A model generated the notes under the pieces. It was given only the letters and a program-made list of their open reading frames with translations, made no database searches and had not been told where the DNA came from. A DNA stretch of 62,972 bases, the filler included, from Octopus bimaculoides (Eukaryota): assembly GCF_001194135.2 (NCBI RefSeq). It is 6 parts of 6 records of this genome, joined end to end, with 100 filler letters (N's around TTAATTAATTAA, not from the genome) between each part and the next. Parts side by side here need not be neighbours in the genome. Positions count along the whole stretch, not along the records: positions 25,549 to 42,706 come from NC_068988.1; positions 42,807 to 57,800 come from NC_068985.1; 4 more parts are not named here. The stretch is one strand, 5' to 3'. The position numbers and the translations under genes were made by a program. Positions 39,207 through 52,038 of this stretch are shown here, one piece after another (the first letter of the stretch is position 1; every line of letters begins with the position of its first letter).

Positions 39207-39921
39207 NNNNNNNNNNNNNNNNNNNNNNNNNNNNNNNNNNNNNNNNNNNNNNNNNNNNNNNNNNNNNNNNNNNNNNNNNNNNNNNNNNNNNNNNNNNNNN
39301 NNNNNNNNNNNNNNNNNNNNNNNNNNNNNNNNNNNNNNNNNNNNNNNNNNNNNNNNNNNNNNNNNNNNNNNNNNNNNNNNNNNNNNNNNNNNNNNNNNNN
39401 NNNNNNNNNNNNNNNNNNNNNNNNNNNNNNNNNNNNNNNNNNNNNNNNNNNNNNNNNNNNNNNNNNNNNNNNNNNNNNNNNNNNNNNNNNNNNNNNNNNN
39501 NNNNNNNNNNNNNNNNNNNNNNNNNNNNNNNNNNNNNNNNNNNNNNNNNNNNNNNNNNNNNNNNNNNNNNNNNNNNNNNNNNNNNNNNNNNNNNNNNNNN
39601 NNNNNNNNNNNNNNNNNNNNNNNNNNNNNNNNNNNNNNNNNNNNNNNNNNNNNNNNNNNNNNNNNNNNNNNNNNNNNNNNNNNNNNNNNNNNNNNNNNNN
39701 NNNNNNNNNNNNNNNNNNNNNNNNNNNNNNNNNNNNNNNNNNNNNNNNNNNNNNNNNNNNNNNNNNNNNNNNNNNNNNNNNNNNNNNNNNNNNNNNNNNN
39801 NNNNNNNNNNNNNNNNNNNNNNNNNNNNNNNNNNNNNNNNNNNNNNNNNNNNNNNNNNNNNNNNNNNNNNNNNNNNNNNNNNNNNNNNNNNNNNNNNNNN
39901 NNNNNNNNNNNNNNNNNNNNN

Positions 39922-41367
39922 CACAGGACATTTTTGGAAGAAGATGCCAAGGAGAACTTATATAACGGCAGAGGAGAAGAGGATTCCAGGCCATAAGCTA
40001 ACCCTCGCACTGCGCCAATGCGAACGGCGACTGCAAGATTAAGCCACTGCTTGTTAATCATTCGGAAAACCCCAGAGCCATTAAGTCACATAAGATTCTG
40101 AAAGAAAAACTGCTGGTTTTGTGGAGGGCAAATCCAAGGGCGTAGGTCACCAGGCAGTTCTTTGTGGAGTGTGTGAATTTGGTCTTTCGTCCTGACGTTA
40201 AGAAATATCTCCAGGAAAATAACCTACCCCTGCAAGCCCTTCTCGTCCTGGACAGTGCATCGGCTCACCCACCTAACCTCGAAGATGACATCCTCGAAGG
40301 ATTCAAGTTTACAGATTCTCTACCTTCCACCCAACACCACCCCTATCCTGCAGCCCATGGACCAGCAAGAGATTTCTAATTTCAAGAATCTCTTCACCAA
40401 GCACCTGTTCCGCCGCTGCTTTGAGATCATGGAGACCACAAACCTCACCCTTCGAGAGTTCTGGAAGGACCACTATAACATCGTGGTATGCCTCAGAATT
40501 ATCGATATGGCCTGGTAGGGTGTTACAAAGAGGACTTGTGGCCTGAGGTTGTGTCTGAAACGGATTTTGAAAGACGCGAACCCGAAGCGGTAGTGGTGTA
40601 GGAGATTGCATTACTCGGCAAATTCATGGGCCTGCACGTGGATGAGGGTGATATCAATGAGCTCATCAAGGAGCTCTCCGAGAAACTGACAACGGAAGAG
40701 CTAAAGGAGCTACAAACGCAGCATTACTCGGTGGTTCTGCAGGAAATAGGAGGCACAGAGGAGATGGAGGTGGTTATCTCTACCAGTGCGATAAAGGAAA
40801 TGTTGGGAATGTGGGAGAAACTTTCAGACTTTATTCAAAAGAAACACACAGAAAAAGTTGCAACTGGGCGTGCGACGGCGCCCTTTAATGATACTTGCCT
40901 GACTCATTCCCGAAACACTCTGAAAGTGAGGATAAAACAGACCTTATTGGACAGATTTTTATCGAAAACTCCTGCAGATGAAAGTGAGGAAAGCGTGGAG
41001 AAAAGGGCAAAAATCAGTGAATAAGATTCAATTATTCAGTTCAGCCTTTCTCCTCCACCTCAGTCAGCACCCCCAAGTCGTTTGATCTCCAAGGTAAATG
41101 CTATACATTATACTTAATAAAACCAGTTTATTGCAGTACATTCTATTGTATCGTTTTTTTTTTGTACACAATATTCGTTATTCATAAGTACAATTTTCTT
41201 ATTTAAAAACACGCAACAAAAAAATTGCGGTGTTTGTTTGGGGGCGCTTGGAACGGATTAATCGCATTTCAGTTCATTCAATGGGGAAATTTGGTTTGAC
41301 ATACGAGTTATTTGAGTTACGAGATCCGTCACGGAACGAATTAAACTCGTAAGTCATGGTACCACTG
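39922..41367 (+). mobile_element. Tigger/pogo (TIGD1-like) DNA transposon, 3' part with right TIR; transposase broken by a few stops and frameshifts
   Basis: FWKKMPRRTYITAEEK..PGHK, LTLALCANASGDCKIKPLL..HSENPRA, ALLVLDSASAHPP, LPPNTTPILQPMDQQ (DDE_1 domain). Ends ...AACTCGTAAGTCATGGTACCACTG followed by TA (41368-69). The 5' part is lost in a gap. Confidence 0.93.
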
Positions 41368-42162
41368 TATTACATCATGTAAAAAAAATAAAAGTTTTCT
41401 TCAGATGAATAAAGAGCAAAGTTTAACACTTAGAATTCTTCGTATAAATAGAGCGTAATGCAAGATGACTCTCCCATCTTGGTTACAGCTATGAGAGTGA
41501 ATAGCGAATGCTATTTCAAAGTAAATATACACGGTAATAAATTAATGAACTTGTCTAAGGAATTGAAATAGAGGAAGGAAATGAATGGAAACAGAAAGAG
41601 AGAATAAAAGGATAAAAAAACCCTTCCATCCACTTAAAGGATATCAAAGGGTTTTAAGGATTAACAGTAAATGGGAGGAGATGTTCAGCCATCATTTGGT
41701 GGCATCAAGATAAGCAGGAGAATGAGAGATGGTAAATAAAATTAACATGAGGTGCAATAAAGATGAATGGAATAAATTGAAGGCATGACCAGAAAACAGC
41801 AAATGGGGCGCCAAGAAGGTTCATACATACGCTCACATATGTGTGTATACATATATACACACATATGTGCAAACGCAGCCGCATACCGGTAAAATACATT
41901 CGTATCACTCGCTAGAATGCATAAAGGATTGCAAAAACTGTATAATTGACATACATACATACATACATACATACATACATTTATACATACATACATTCAT
42001 ACATATACATACATACATATNNNNNNNNNNCTGCGCCTATATATATATACACATACATATATACAACTCAGTGCATGAATATATGTATTTTTCAATGGGT
42101 GGACATAATAACAATGTGACTGAAAGGCCTAAAGTTTCGTGTATACCATTTTTGTATGTACG

Positions 42163-42197
<35 letters not shown>

Positions 42198-42806
42198 CAC
42201 ACAACACAACATAATACACGCAACACAACACAGACGTTCACACAACACAGTTGTTACCTCGTATTGCTGAACTCCTGAACACTTTCACTCCATGGCAGTT
42301 TCCATGTGTGTGCAGAAGGGTGCATGCTGTGTATGATAGTGAGAGTATGCGAGCGCATTTGTGTGGTTGTACGTCTGTCTCATTACTCCCACACATACCC
42401 ACACGTATGCACACGCACATATGTTTAATTCGTGTGTGTGTGTGTACAGCATAATTATGTCTATGTGATTGATAAGACAAGTTACAAGAGCTAACGACAA
42501 AAACGTCTCAGTATATCTCGAGTTTTATTATTTGTTGCCCTTTGCTATGTAAGGGCTGTGAAAGGTTTTTGATAAATACCAAAGTTCTCTAACACCAAGA
42601 TAGCAGCCACAACTGTTTTACAGATGCAATGGCCTCTGGCTTCACTTTTATCTCTGACATTTACTCACCTCATATATATGATCTTTCTTACTTTTCCCTA
42701 TATATANNNNNNNNNNNNNNNNNNNNNNNNNNNNNNNNNNNNNNNNNNNNTTAATTAATTAANNNNNNNNNNNNNNNNNNNNNNNNNNNNNNNNNNNNNN
42801 NNNNNN

Positions 42807-42829
<23 letters not shown>

Positions 42830-42844
<15 letters not shown>

Positions 42845-43070
42845 ATATGTTTGTGTGTCTGTGTTTGTCCCTCCAACATCGCTTGACAACCGATGCTGGT
42901 GTGTTTACGTCCCCGTAACTTAGCGGTTCGGTAAAAGACACCGATAGAATAAGTACTAGGCTTACAAAGTATAAGTCCTGGGGTCGATTTTCTCGACTAA
43001 AGGCGGTGTTCCAGCATGGCCGCAGTCAAATGACTGAAACAAGCAAAAGTGTAAAGGAGTAAAAGAGTAT
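42830..43070 (+). mobile_element. SINE family C, 3' half (5' half in the gap)
   Basis: Close homology to 18345-18540. Confidence 0.85.
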
Positions 43071-43387
43071 GTATCTGCAGCTTCACAGAAAAGGCATTTA
43101 AAAATCGCTCAGATCACAACCAATCTATTTGTAAAAGCAAGGCTATGGGAAATAATGTGTGACCGCAATATGCCGTGTCTGAAACAAAAAACGGCAAGAA
43201 GGCATTCGGAATGAAATGTTTTGACTCGTCCATTCGAGTATAGCTGACCTCAGACTAACCACAACGACGACATGACGAGACGAATTTTTTTCTTCATATA
43301 ATTTGAATTCAAGTTCCTTGACTAAATGGCATTTATTACTGCCAAAATAATGATAGCTGACATTTTTAGGTGTGGCTGTCATAGGCG

Positions 43388-43880
43388 CAGGCGTGGCTGT
43401 GTGGTAAGAAGCATGCAGTCTCACAACGTAGCACCTTGGACAAGTGTCTTTTACTATAGCCTCGGGTCGACCAAAGGCTTGTGGGTGGATTTGTTAGACG
43501 GAAACTGAAAGAAGCTCGTTGTATGTGTATATATGTATATATATCTATGTGTATGTATATATGTGAAGGTGCATGGCTCAGTGGTTTGAGCGTGAAGCTT
43601 ACGATCGTGATGTTGTGAGTTCGAATCCCAGACAGGGCTGCGTGTTGTGTTCTTGAGCAAGACACTTTATTTCACGTTGCTCCAATTCATTCAGCTGTAG
43701 AAATGAGTTATGACGTCACAGGTACCAAGCTGTATCGGCCTTTGCCTTTCCATTGGATAACACTGGTGGCGTGGAGAGAGGAGGCTGGTATGCATGGGCG
43801 ACTGCTGGTCTTCCATAAACAACCTTACCCGGACTTTTGCTTGGGAGGGTAACTTTCCAGATGCAATCCTATGGTCAGTC
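43388..43880 (+). mobile_element. SINE family C 5' half followed by a full SINE family T (43567-43880) at its internal microsatellite
   Basis: Family C head at 43388-43520, (TA/TG) tract, then GCATGGCTCAGTGG...GAGTTCGAATCCC with the type-1 tail ending gaagggggtctc. Confidence 0.85.
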
Positions 43881-44094
43881 ATGATCGAAGGGGGGTCTCA
43901 GCAATGTATATATGTGTGTATGTCATTGTGTCTGAGTTTATGCCCCAGCACTAATAGAAGATAAGTAAAGAATTAAGGAAACTGGTCAATGGGATCCAAG
44001 TGCGTGTGACATGACACACACGCGTCACAACAAAATGTTTGTGAATTTGCGCAAATATCGAAATACAATATTGCACGACGGATTAAGAGTTTTG

Positions 44095-44714
44095 TTTTTA
44101 CTAGTTCCAGTCATTACACAATGGCCATGCTGGGGCACCACCTTGAAGTATTTTAGTTGAGCGAATCGATCTCGGGGCTTATTTGTCTTTTTNNNNNNNN
44201 NNNNNNNNNNNNNNNNNNNNNNNNNNNNNNNNNNNNNNNNNNNNNNNNNNNNNNNNNNNNNNNNNNNNNNNNNNNNNNNNNNNNNNNNNNNNNNNNNNNN
44301 NNNNNNNNNNNNNNNNNNNNNNNNNNNNNNNNNNNNNNNNNNNNNNNNNNNNNNNNNNNNNNNNNNNNNNNNNNNNNNNNNNNNNNNNNNNNNNNNNNNN
44401 NNNNNNNNNNNNNNNNNNNNNNNNNNNNNNNNNNNNNNNNNNNNNNNNNNNNNNNNNNNNNNNNNNNNNNNNNNNNNNNNNNNNNNNNNNNNNNNNNNNN
44501 NNNNNNNNNNNNNNNNNNNNNNNNNNNNNNNNNNNNNNNNNNNNNNNNNNNNNNNNNNNNNNNNNNNNNNNNNNNNNNNNNNNNNNNNNNNNNNNNNNNN
44601 NNNNNNNNNNNNNNNNNNNNNNNNNNNNNNNNNNNNNNNNNNNNNNNNNNNNNNNNNNNNNNNNNNNNNNNNNNNNNNNNNNNNNNNNNNNNNNNNNNNN
44701 NNNNNNNNNNNNNN

Positions 44715-44749
<35 letters not shown>

Positions 44750-44915
44750 GTGTATGTGTGTACATACACGATCTATTCCAGTTTCCTTCTACCAAGTCCA
44801 CTCAGAAGGTTTTAGTCGACCCGAGGCTATAGAAGAAGACAGTTGCCCGAAGTGCCACGCAGTAGGACCGTACCCGGAATCATGTCGTTGGGAAACAGAC
44901 TTTTTACCTCACAGC
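44095..44915 (-). mobile_element. SINE family C split by an N-gap
   Basis: 3' end at 44095-44192 and 5' half at 44750-44915, both reverse complement. Confidence 0.7.
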
Positions 44916-45415
44916 CAACTACTAAAGATGTATATTCGGCTTTGGTTAATGGGTTTAACAAATAAGAATTTCGGAAACATTATATTTTTTAATAATAAAC
45001 TAAAGTAGAAAGAATCTGATTATCATTAAACAATAATAAGACGTGTGAAAACAAATAATTACTATGCATACTAATTAAGCACAACAAGTGACGAGAGTTA
45101 TTTCGTCGAAAACTTGTTACTAATGATGTTATTGTATACTAATGAAATAAATATAAAATTTGTAGCGCAATATTAAATAAAGGAAGAAATCGTCAGTCTC
45201 ATAATTTAACAAAAAATAGCTATGACACGTTAAGAGTTATTTCCCTTTCTGAAGTTATTTGGTAATCCTCGCTTTAAATTTTCCATAAANNNNNNNNNNN
45301 NNNNNNNNNNNNNNNNNNNNNNNNNNNNNNNNNNNNNNNNNNNNNNNNNTATATGAATAGGTCCATATGTCCAGGTTCAACAAAAAGAGTACTCCATGTA
45401 ACGAGAATAAATATT

Positions 45416-45575
45416 GTTTTTTATGACCACCTCACATGTGTGGCCCACGCTACTAAAAGTTTCACGCACATGGAACCCATGTACATTCTTCAGGCGGCCT
45501 GAAGAACGTACATGTGTTCCATGTGCTTGACACTTTTAGTAGCGTGGGCCACACATGTGAGGTGGTCATAAAAAC
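45416..45575. repeat. Near-perfect hairpin with ~79-bp arms and a ~3-nt loop
   Basis: 45416-45494 vs 45498-45575: 4 mismatches plus 1 T indel. Confidence 0.93.
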
Positions 45576-45896
45576 ACTATATATATCTTTCGTTTTTGGA
45601 TTTGGTTTGCGAGGATTCTTTATGTGAGTTCGTATGTTGAAGCATATTTTGTTGTGTCTGGGGAGGGTCATTCTCTTGTAGTGCTTTATAATTTAACACA
45701 CTCACCGGTAAAATTTCCACTCATTTACTTATGTATTTTTCTAAAATTGTCGTTGTGTTTTGCAACCTTGCAGCCTTTTCAATAATTGTTGATTCTGTCC
45801 GTTATTCAAGCTGCGTTCTTTTTATTTGTTTGTGCCCATGTGTGTGGGTCAGTGTGTGTGCGCATACACATGTATGTATGTATGTATGTATGTATG

Positions 45897-45927
<31 letters not shown>

Positions 45928-46189
45928 GTGTGTGTCCGCATGTATTTGTGTGTGTGCGTATGTATATATGTATGTATGTCTGTACATTTGTATGTATGTA
46001 TTCTGCATATTCATGTGTTTGTGTGTTTTTATGTGTGTGTGTCTGTACCTCTGTCTCCTTGTGTGTGGTGTGTGCATGTCTGAGACACACTCGATTTGTG
46101 TACTTCGACTTGAAAATTAAGATCACGATAACGAATAATGATAGCAAGAACATTACATTCTATATCGCACAATTAATAATTAATACAGA

Positions 46190-46402
46190 GGCGGCGAGAT
46201 GGCAGCTTCGTTAGCCCGTTGGGTATAATGTCTAGCAACATTTTGTCTGTCTTTATATTCCGAGTTCAAATGTCGCCAGGATCAACTTTGCTTTTCATCC
46301 TTTCAGGGTCGATAAAATAAGTACCAGTTGAACACTGCTGTCAATGTAATCGACTTATCCCCTCCCCCACAAAATGGTGGACGTGTGCCAAAATTTGAAC
46401 CC
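46190..46402 (+). mobile_element. SINE family N (tail B)
   Basis: ggcggcgag...gagttcaaat...ctttgcttttcatcctttcagggtcgataaaataagtacc. Confidence 0.8.
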
Positions 46403-46984
46403 ATTAGCAGCATTTCTTCCATCTTTACGTCCTGAGTTCAAATTCCGCCTTCCCCGAAATTGCTACCCCTGTGCCAAGATTCTTGTATTTGTTTCAATCA
46501 TTAGAGATATTTTAAAACCAGATACTTATTCTATCTGTTCCTTTTTGCCGAGCCGCTAAGTTAAGAACAAGCGGTTGTGGGACAAACACAATCATAGACA
46601 CGAAGATACACACATACATACGCGCTCGCGCACATACATACATACATACATACATATACAGTCACACACTTATATACACAGACGAGTGTGTGTGTGTGTG
46701 TGTGCGTGCGTGTGTGTAACAGCAGACGCAATACACCTAACAAGAATAATATGGCCACCATCACGACTAAAATTGCCACCCATTATCACCGACACCAACA
46801 CGAAAACAGGCAACATCATCACCACTTCAGCCCACCAAATGTTGAATAGTTAAATGACAACAACAATAGAAATATGACGACAATTTTTGCCCTCCTTCAA
46901 CAATGTTTTCCTTGTGCTGTTCTTCATCTTTTTTACTACACATTTGTTGCGGATAATTGCTGATCTTTGGCGCTCTTAGATTTA

Positions 46985-47900
46985 CCTACAATTCATGTTG
47001 TCTGAAAAGAAGCTATCAAGTGGAACTGAATGCAGTAGTGCAAACAAGAACAGTACAAGTATTGAATTGGATATTAAACTTGATGTTATACAGAGTTGAT
47101 GCAGGAGAGAAAAAGTCAGTCACATTGCCAAAACATTAAAGCTGATAACGTCAACAGTAAAATCTAGATGTAACAACAGAAAGAAAAGTCAAGGGCTCCA
47201 GAAACTATTCCGATAACTAGTCAAACCTTGTGTTTTCATAGACCTAATGTGATGCTTAAAGGGAACCGGCCCCTGAGTGTATGGAAAAAAGGATAAGACT
47301 TAACGTATTCTAGCGATCAGCATGATGGTGATAATAAAGTTAAAAGTTTGTACGATGATTTGCAGTGAAACGAATGTGAAACTTTATGTGGAAAAAAATT
47401 TCTGGCTTCTAAAGGCTGATTTGAAAGGATTAAGAAGCATTTGAATTTGTTGAATATTAAAAAAAAACAAAAAAACTGGTGAAGCTTTTTCTAGTAATAC
47501 AGAGGTTGCTACGTCGCTGATACAGAAACAGAGTAGAAAAAAATTTCCCTAAATGGTGCTACACACAAGAGGAAAAAATACTTTTATTTGTCGCGAAGAA
47601 AAGTCAACACAATGATTTAAAGCTTCCAAAAACTTTCTGACGTTTTTTCTTGGTGAAAATGTGCTAGTGATAAGAAATTAACATCACTCCTCGTTTATCA
47701 CTTCAAAAACACAAAGGTTTTCAAGAGTTACGCAAAATGTCTTCTGATTTGGCATTCAAATAAGTAGGAACACATAATTAAGAAGTGTGGTTTATATTTT
47801 TTATTCTGCTGTTGAAAAATAGAGTGCCAGACATATTTCCAACAAAGCCTTCTTCATTTTAAGTATTGAATCAAACCATATAATTAAGCTTTGAACCTTG
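46985..47900 (+). mobile_element. Old, heavily decayed Tigger/pogo transposase
   Basis: SIELDIKLDVIQ...HIAKTLKLITSTVKS (CENP-B-type HTH), KVKSLYDDL, FLASKG*FERIK, TGEAFSSNTEVA, FKASKNFLTFFLG, LLVYHFKNTKVFK occur collinearly, with many stops and frameshifts. Confidence 0.8.
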
Positions 47901-48157
47901 GAAAGGATAATCCTAAGACGAGCGCTTAATAACCAACTATAAAATGAAGCCAAATTATCGACAGAGTTCGCTGATTTATTTCAATATCGAACAATTAACA
48001 AAGCAACCAACCTAGACTGATTATGTCAGAGGCGCTGTGCTGTATTCTTGTTGCTTAAAGGGCTTTCGTATTAAAAAAAATAAGTGTACGGCTCATTGAG
48101 TGAAGCATTAGCAACACTGAATAACTGACGACTGTTTCATTAATTATATTACATTAA

Positions 48158-48690
48158 GGTGGCGAGTTGACAGAATCGTTAGCATGCCGGACGAAATGCT
48201 TTGCGGTATTTTGTCTGTCTTTACGTTCTGAGTTCAAATTCCGCCGAGGTCGACTTTGCCTTTCATCCTTTCGGGGTCGATTAAATAAGTACCAGTTACG
48301 CACTGGGGTCGATNNNNNNNNNNGCCTTTCATCCTTTCGGGGTCGATTAAATAAGTACCAGTTACGCACTGGGGTCGATGTAATCGACTTAGTTCCTTTG
48401 TCTGTCTTTGTTTGTTCCTTCTATGTTTAGCACCTTGTGGGCAATAAAGAATTTAATTATATTACATTAAGGTGACGAGTTGGCAGAAACGTTAGCATGC
48501 CTGACGAAATGCTTAGCGGTATTTCGTCTGTCTTTACCTTCTGAGTTCAAATTCCGCCGAGGTCGACTTTGCCTTTTATCCTTCGGGGGGTCGATAAATT
48601 AAGAACCAATTGCGTACTGTGGTCGATCTAATCGATTGGTCCCTTCCCCCAAAATTTCGGGCCTTGAACCTAGCGTAGAAAAAAAAAATG
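48158..48690 (+). mobile_element. Two SINE family N copies (tail A 48158-48454; tail B 48471-48690) separated and flanked by the same 16-bp sequence
   Basis: AATTATATTACATTAA at 48142-48157, 48455-48470 and 48691-48706. The first copy contains a 10-N gap with overlapping flanks. Confidence 0.9.
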
Positions 48691-48799
48691 AATTATATTA
48701 CATTAATTATGTTACATTAACAATCATATAATTATTGCTTGATTTCAATAGTAGACAAACATCATCCTTTGTTGTCCTTCGACAAGACTGAACAATCAG

Positions 48800-49075
48800 T
48801 CCCAACCAGCACAGGTTGTTCTATTCATACTTTCGGTCACTGAATACGAAACGTGGATCGCAAGATCACTGTTCGGGAGATTTTCCTGAGTCACCGTTTC
48901 CCCCTTGTACGTCAAGTCGTCTTAAGGTTACCGGTTTACAGCGGAGTATACTGGAACAACGTGAAAAGAAAGAAGTATTTTGTTCAACAACACATTGTAC
49001 AACCGGTCTGGGAATCGAAACCACGATTTAGCGATTGGGACTGCAACGCCTTAACCACTAGGCAAACTTCATCCA
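48800..49075 (-). mobile_element. SINE family T-like, decayed
   Basis: Minus strand gives a tRNA-like head with a GGTTTCGATTCCC B-box. Confidence 0.65.
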
Positions 49076-49589
49076 TTGCAGCCTCCATAATCAAATATAG
49101 TCTCGTGGGTGGGTGATCAGCTCTGGTTATAGGTGGAATTTACATTTCTAGATGGAATTTGAAAGCTATAACAGATATTACAAGGCATCTCACTTGACCA
49201 ATCTGCTGTCCTGGACTTGCACTCTTTTAATTTTTTTTATTGATCACGAAATAATGAACGACAATGTTGATCTAGGGTCGGGGATAGCGACTTCTGATGC
49301 AGACAGCCAGAACAAATAGGACAAGGGATTTTATCAGACAACATCTTTGCCCATTCACCAATTCGCACTTATAAATTATATTCAAATAGATCTTATAGAA
49401 TGTATAGTCGAGCTACACAACGATCTAGATTGCCTTTAGCCATCATTGGCTGATGTTAAATACTCTATATTTGTTAATCATCCAGCCGAGAATTAAAGTG
49501 AAAGCAGAATTAATCTCGGCTGGACATGAACTCAGAACGTAAAAAGCCGGAAACGATAAGAATCAATGTTAACGAAATATTGGTTTCAA

Positions 49590-49761
49590 AAGCCAGCATG
49601 TTCGAACCCTAGTATATCAACCCTAGTATTCAACTAGTACTTAATTTGTCGACTCCGAAAGGATGAAAGGCAAAGTCGACTTTGGCGGCATTTAAACTCA
49701 GAATGTAAAGATACACGAAATGCTGTCCGGAGTGCTAATGGTTTTGTCACCTCGCCGCCTT
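49590..49761 (-). mobile_element. SINE family N
   Basis: aaggatgaaaggcaaagtcgactttggcggcatttaaactcagaatg...cgccgcctt. Confidence 0.75.
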
Positions 49762-50286
49762 ATTAGCAACGAAATATTAAATTCTGTCACATTATTAGTA
49801 ATATGGCATTCAAAATAGTATAAAGTCATTGCAATTAAGATATTTCAGGAGTTTTAATTAACTGTGTCTTTTAACCGATTTAATTTCATTAACAATTATT
49901 GCATGGAAGGTTTCTATTTATCACATATAACCTTCCGCTGACTTTTGATGCATGGAATATAATATAATACATGAGATATGTTTTGGTTTCTCATAGTCTG
50001 CAAAATAACCTTTTTAACAGGGGCCTGAAGGATATGAACATATATTTCTGAGTTAAGTTTTCTTATGAAGATTCATTGCCAACGAGGCAGCCTTTACATA
50101 ATTATATCAAAATTACAGAACAAAGTGTTTTTTTAAACGAACATATTGACAGCATAGTACTAGATACTTTGTGGCTTACTCAGGATGGTTAAAGCATGTC
50201 TACTTTTGATATAGGTCTGCTCGAATAGGGTTTATCTCGTATTAAACAAAAACAGCAACAACAACAGCAGCAGCAGCAGCAGCAGC

Positions 50287-50319
<33 letters not shown>

Positions 50320-51459
50320 TTTGCTCTAATGAGCAGATATAATTGTTCCACGGGATAAGCTTGGTAAAAGATTATTATAATTGTGCTTCAATAATAACTT
50401 GAGGAACAAATCATCATGGCTCAGTTCCATGGCTAACTGTCTTTGTGTCTTTGTGTTATTTCGAACAAATTACCGTTTCCTAGTTATGTGTCCGTTAAAC
50501 AGATAATTGCATGTCAATGCCTTTATGAAACTATCATTATTAGGAAATACTCGTACGCATGGGAAAAGCCTGGATGTAGCCGATTCCTTCTGAACTATGC
50601 TTGGATTGAAACAAACAACTTTGTTAACGTGAAAATCTATTTCATTAAATCGTTGTTATCCTGGAATTTGTGAACAGCTAATTAGAAAAGTTTATTTAAA
50701 TTCAACACTAATAGTGAAATACGAACTTTTGATTTTGTTTATGCCTTGTTCGTTCGTACATTATCCGCATAGCCAGAAGAATGGAATATTTAAAGTGAAA
50801 CCTTAGAATCTGAAAAACTAATGAAAGACTGCATCAGCAAATAGTATGTACAAACATTGCTCGGAATATCTAAACTTTGAACGATCTTAAATAGCATACA
50901 AACTCAAATAAATTACACTATACGTAGTTTCAACTATCTGTGACTGGAATAAATTGATTGTAAAGCATTGAAATAAAAATTAAATAGTTACAACCTTTGA
51001 TACGGCACCCAACTATCTAATGTAATTAATGAATATGGTGATGCGTGCTGAATTCTTCAAAGATGACACAGAAGCATTTGAAATATTAACAAAAACGTAT
51101 TTCCACCCAGTTGTTAATAACAGTTAGTAAATAATTGATTATCAGACAACTTTGACAGAACCGAACAGATCGTTTGATAGATCAAGGCAGTCATATTGGC
51201 GGTTTATGCAATCTTAATAATGAAAATATTACATCAATTCATCAACATTAAAATGAGAAAAGAAAAAGAAGTAAATATTTAATAGTACGATTTTGCAGCG
51301 GTCAGAATATGGAGTCTGTGTGTAAGTGGTGACTATAGAAATAATCATGATGTATAAATATCTAATAAGAAGTCATATGTTTGGATTAACATATATTTAA
51401 CCTCGGTTGGAAAATAAAACCTGCAGTTCTTTTGGTAACTTGGAATGTGGATTAAACTC

Positions 51460-51900
51460 TCTCCTATCGGCCAGCCCTCCACAATCCAGACGTGCAAAGA
51501 TGACATTTTAAACGCCCATTAGCACTAAAGAAGGGGACGTTCCGTGGAAAACCTCCAGACACCTGAAGAAATTTGATTGTTTCGCTCTTGACGGGTCGTA
51601 GAAAGCTACTAGTTTGAAAGCACACTACTTCGCTATTTCTCACGTCCAGGATCACAAACATATTTTTGAGTTTATGAAGAGAGTGTGTATCGTGAGATCC
51701 TGATATTTTTCTAAACAACACAACCTCTCCAGCTTCTAATCCTGGTCAACTTGTGGACATCCTGAATGCACTGAAAACGAGCGTGAAGGATGGTGGCTCC
51801 GAAATTTTGGACTCGCTGATGGTCACCACATTTATATATAGCGAGTTGAAGTCTTTGAGCAAGTGGTTGCAGATCTCATGCATTTATAATGCCTAATCTA
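51460..51900 (-). mobile_element. L1/Tx1-clade LINE apurinic-like endonuclease fragment (decayed)
   Basis: Minus strand: LGIINA*...LLKDFNSLYINVVTISES...FVILDV..., then frameshifted FKLVAFYDP...FFRCLEVFHGTSPSLVLMGV*NVI. This matches the APE motifs GxxNxxGL, DVxxIQET, FRLxxVYAP and LVLxGDxN. Confidence 0.72.
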
Positions 51901-52038
51901 AGAAAAGACGCTAGTCGGATGGACGAAGGTGAGAAAGGCCCACTTACCTTATTCCGACCCTCCGACTGGCTGTTGGCTATTTTCACAGGCAGTTCTTTAT
52001 ACGGTATTTTGTTTGTATTTCTTCTTTTGAGATATTTA

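Noticed and set aside
41620-41700. HLKDIKGF*GLT, resembling a Gypsy RT-RNaseH junction
   Set aside because: Too short, with no other LTR-retrotransposon motifs nearby.
43567-43640. tRNA-like sequences (A/B boxes) at SINE heads
   Set aside because: No complete cloverleaf, and each continues into a SINE body; not tRNA genes.
48314-48360. Apparent internal duplication within the SINE across a 10-N gap
   Set aside because: The flanks of the gap overlap exactly, which is typical of a negative-gap assembly artefact.
48142-48706. Repeat-spacer-repeat pattern that could be mistaken for CRISPR
   Set aside because: The 'spacers' are 220-300-bp SINEs in a eukaryotic context; the repeats are TSD-like and no cas genes are present.
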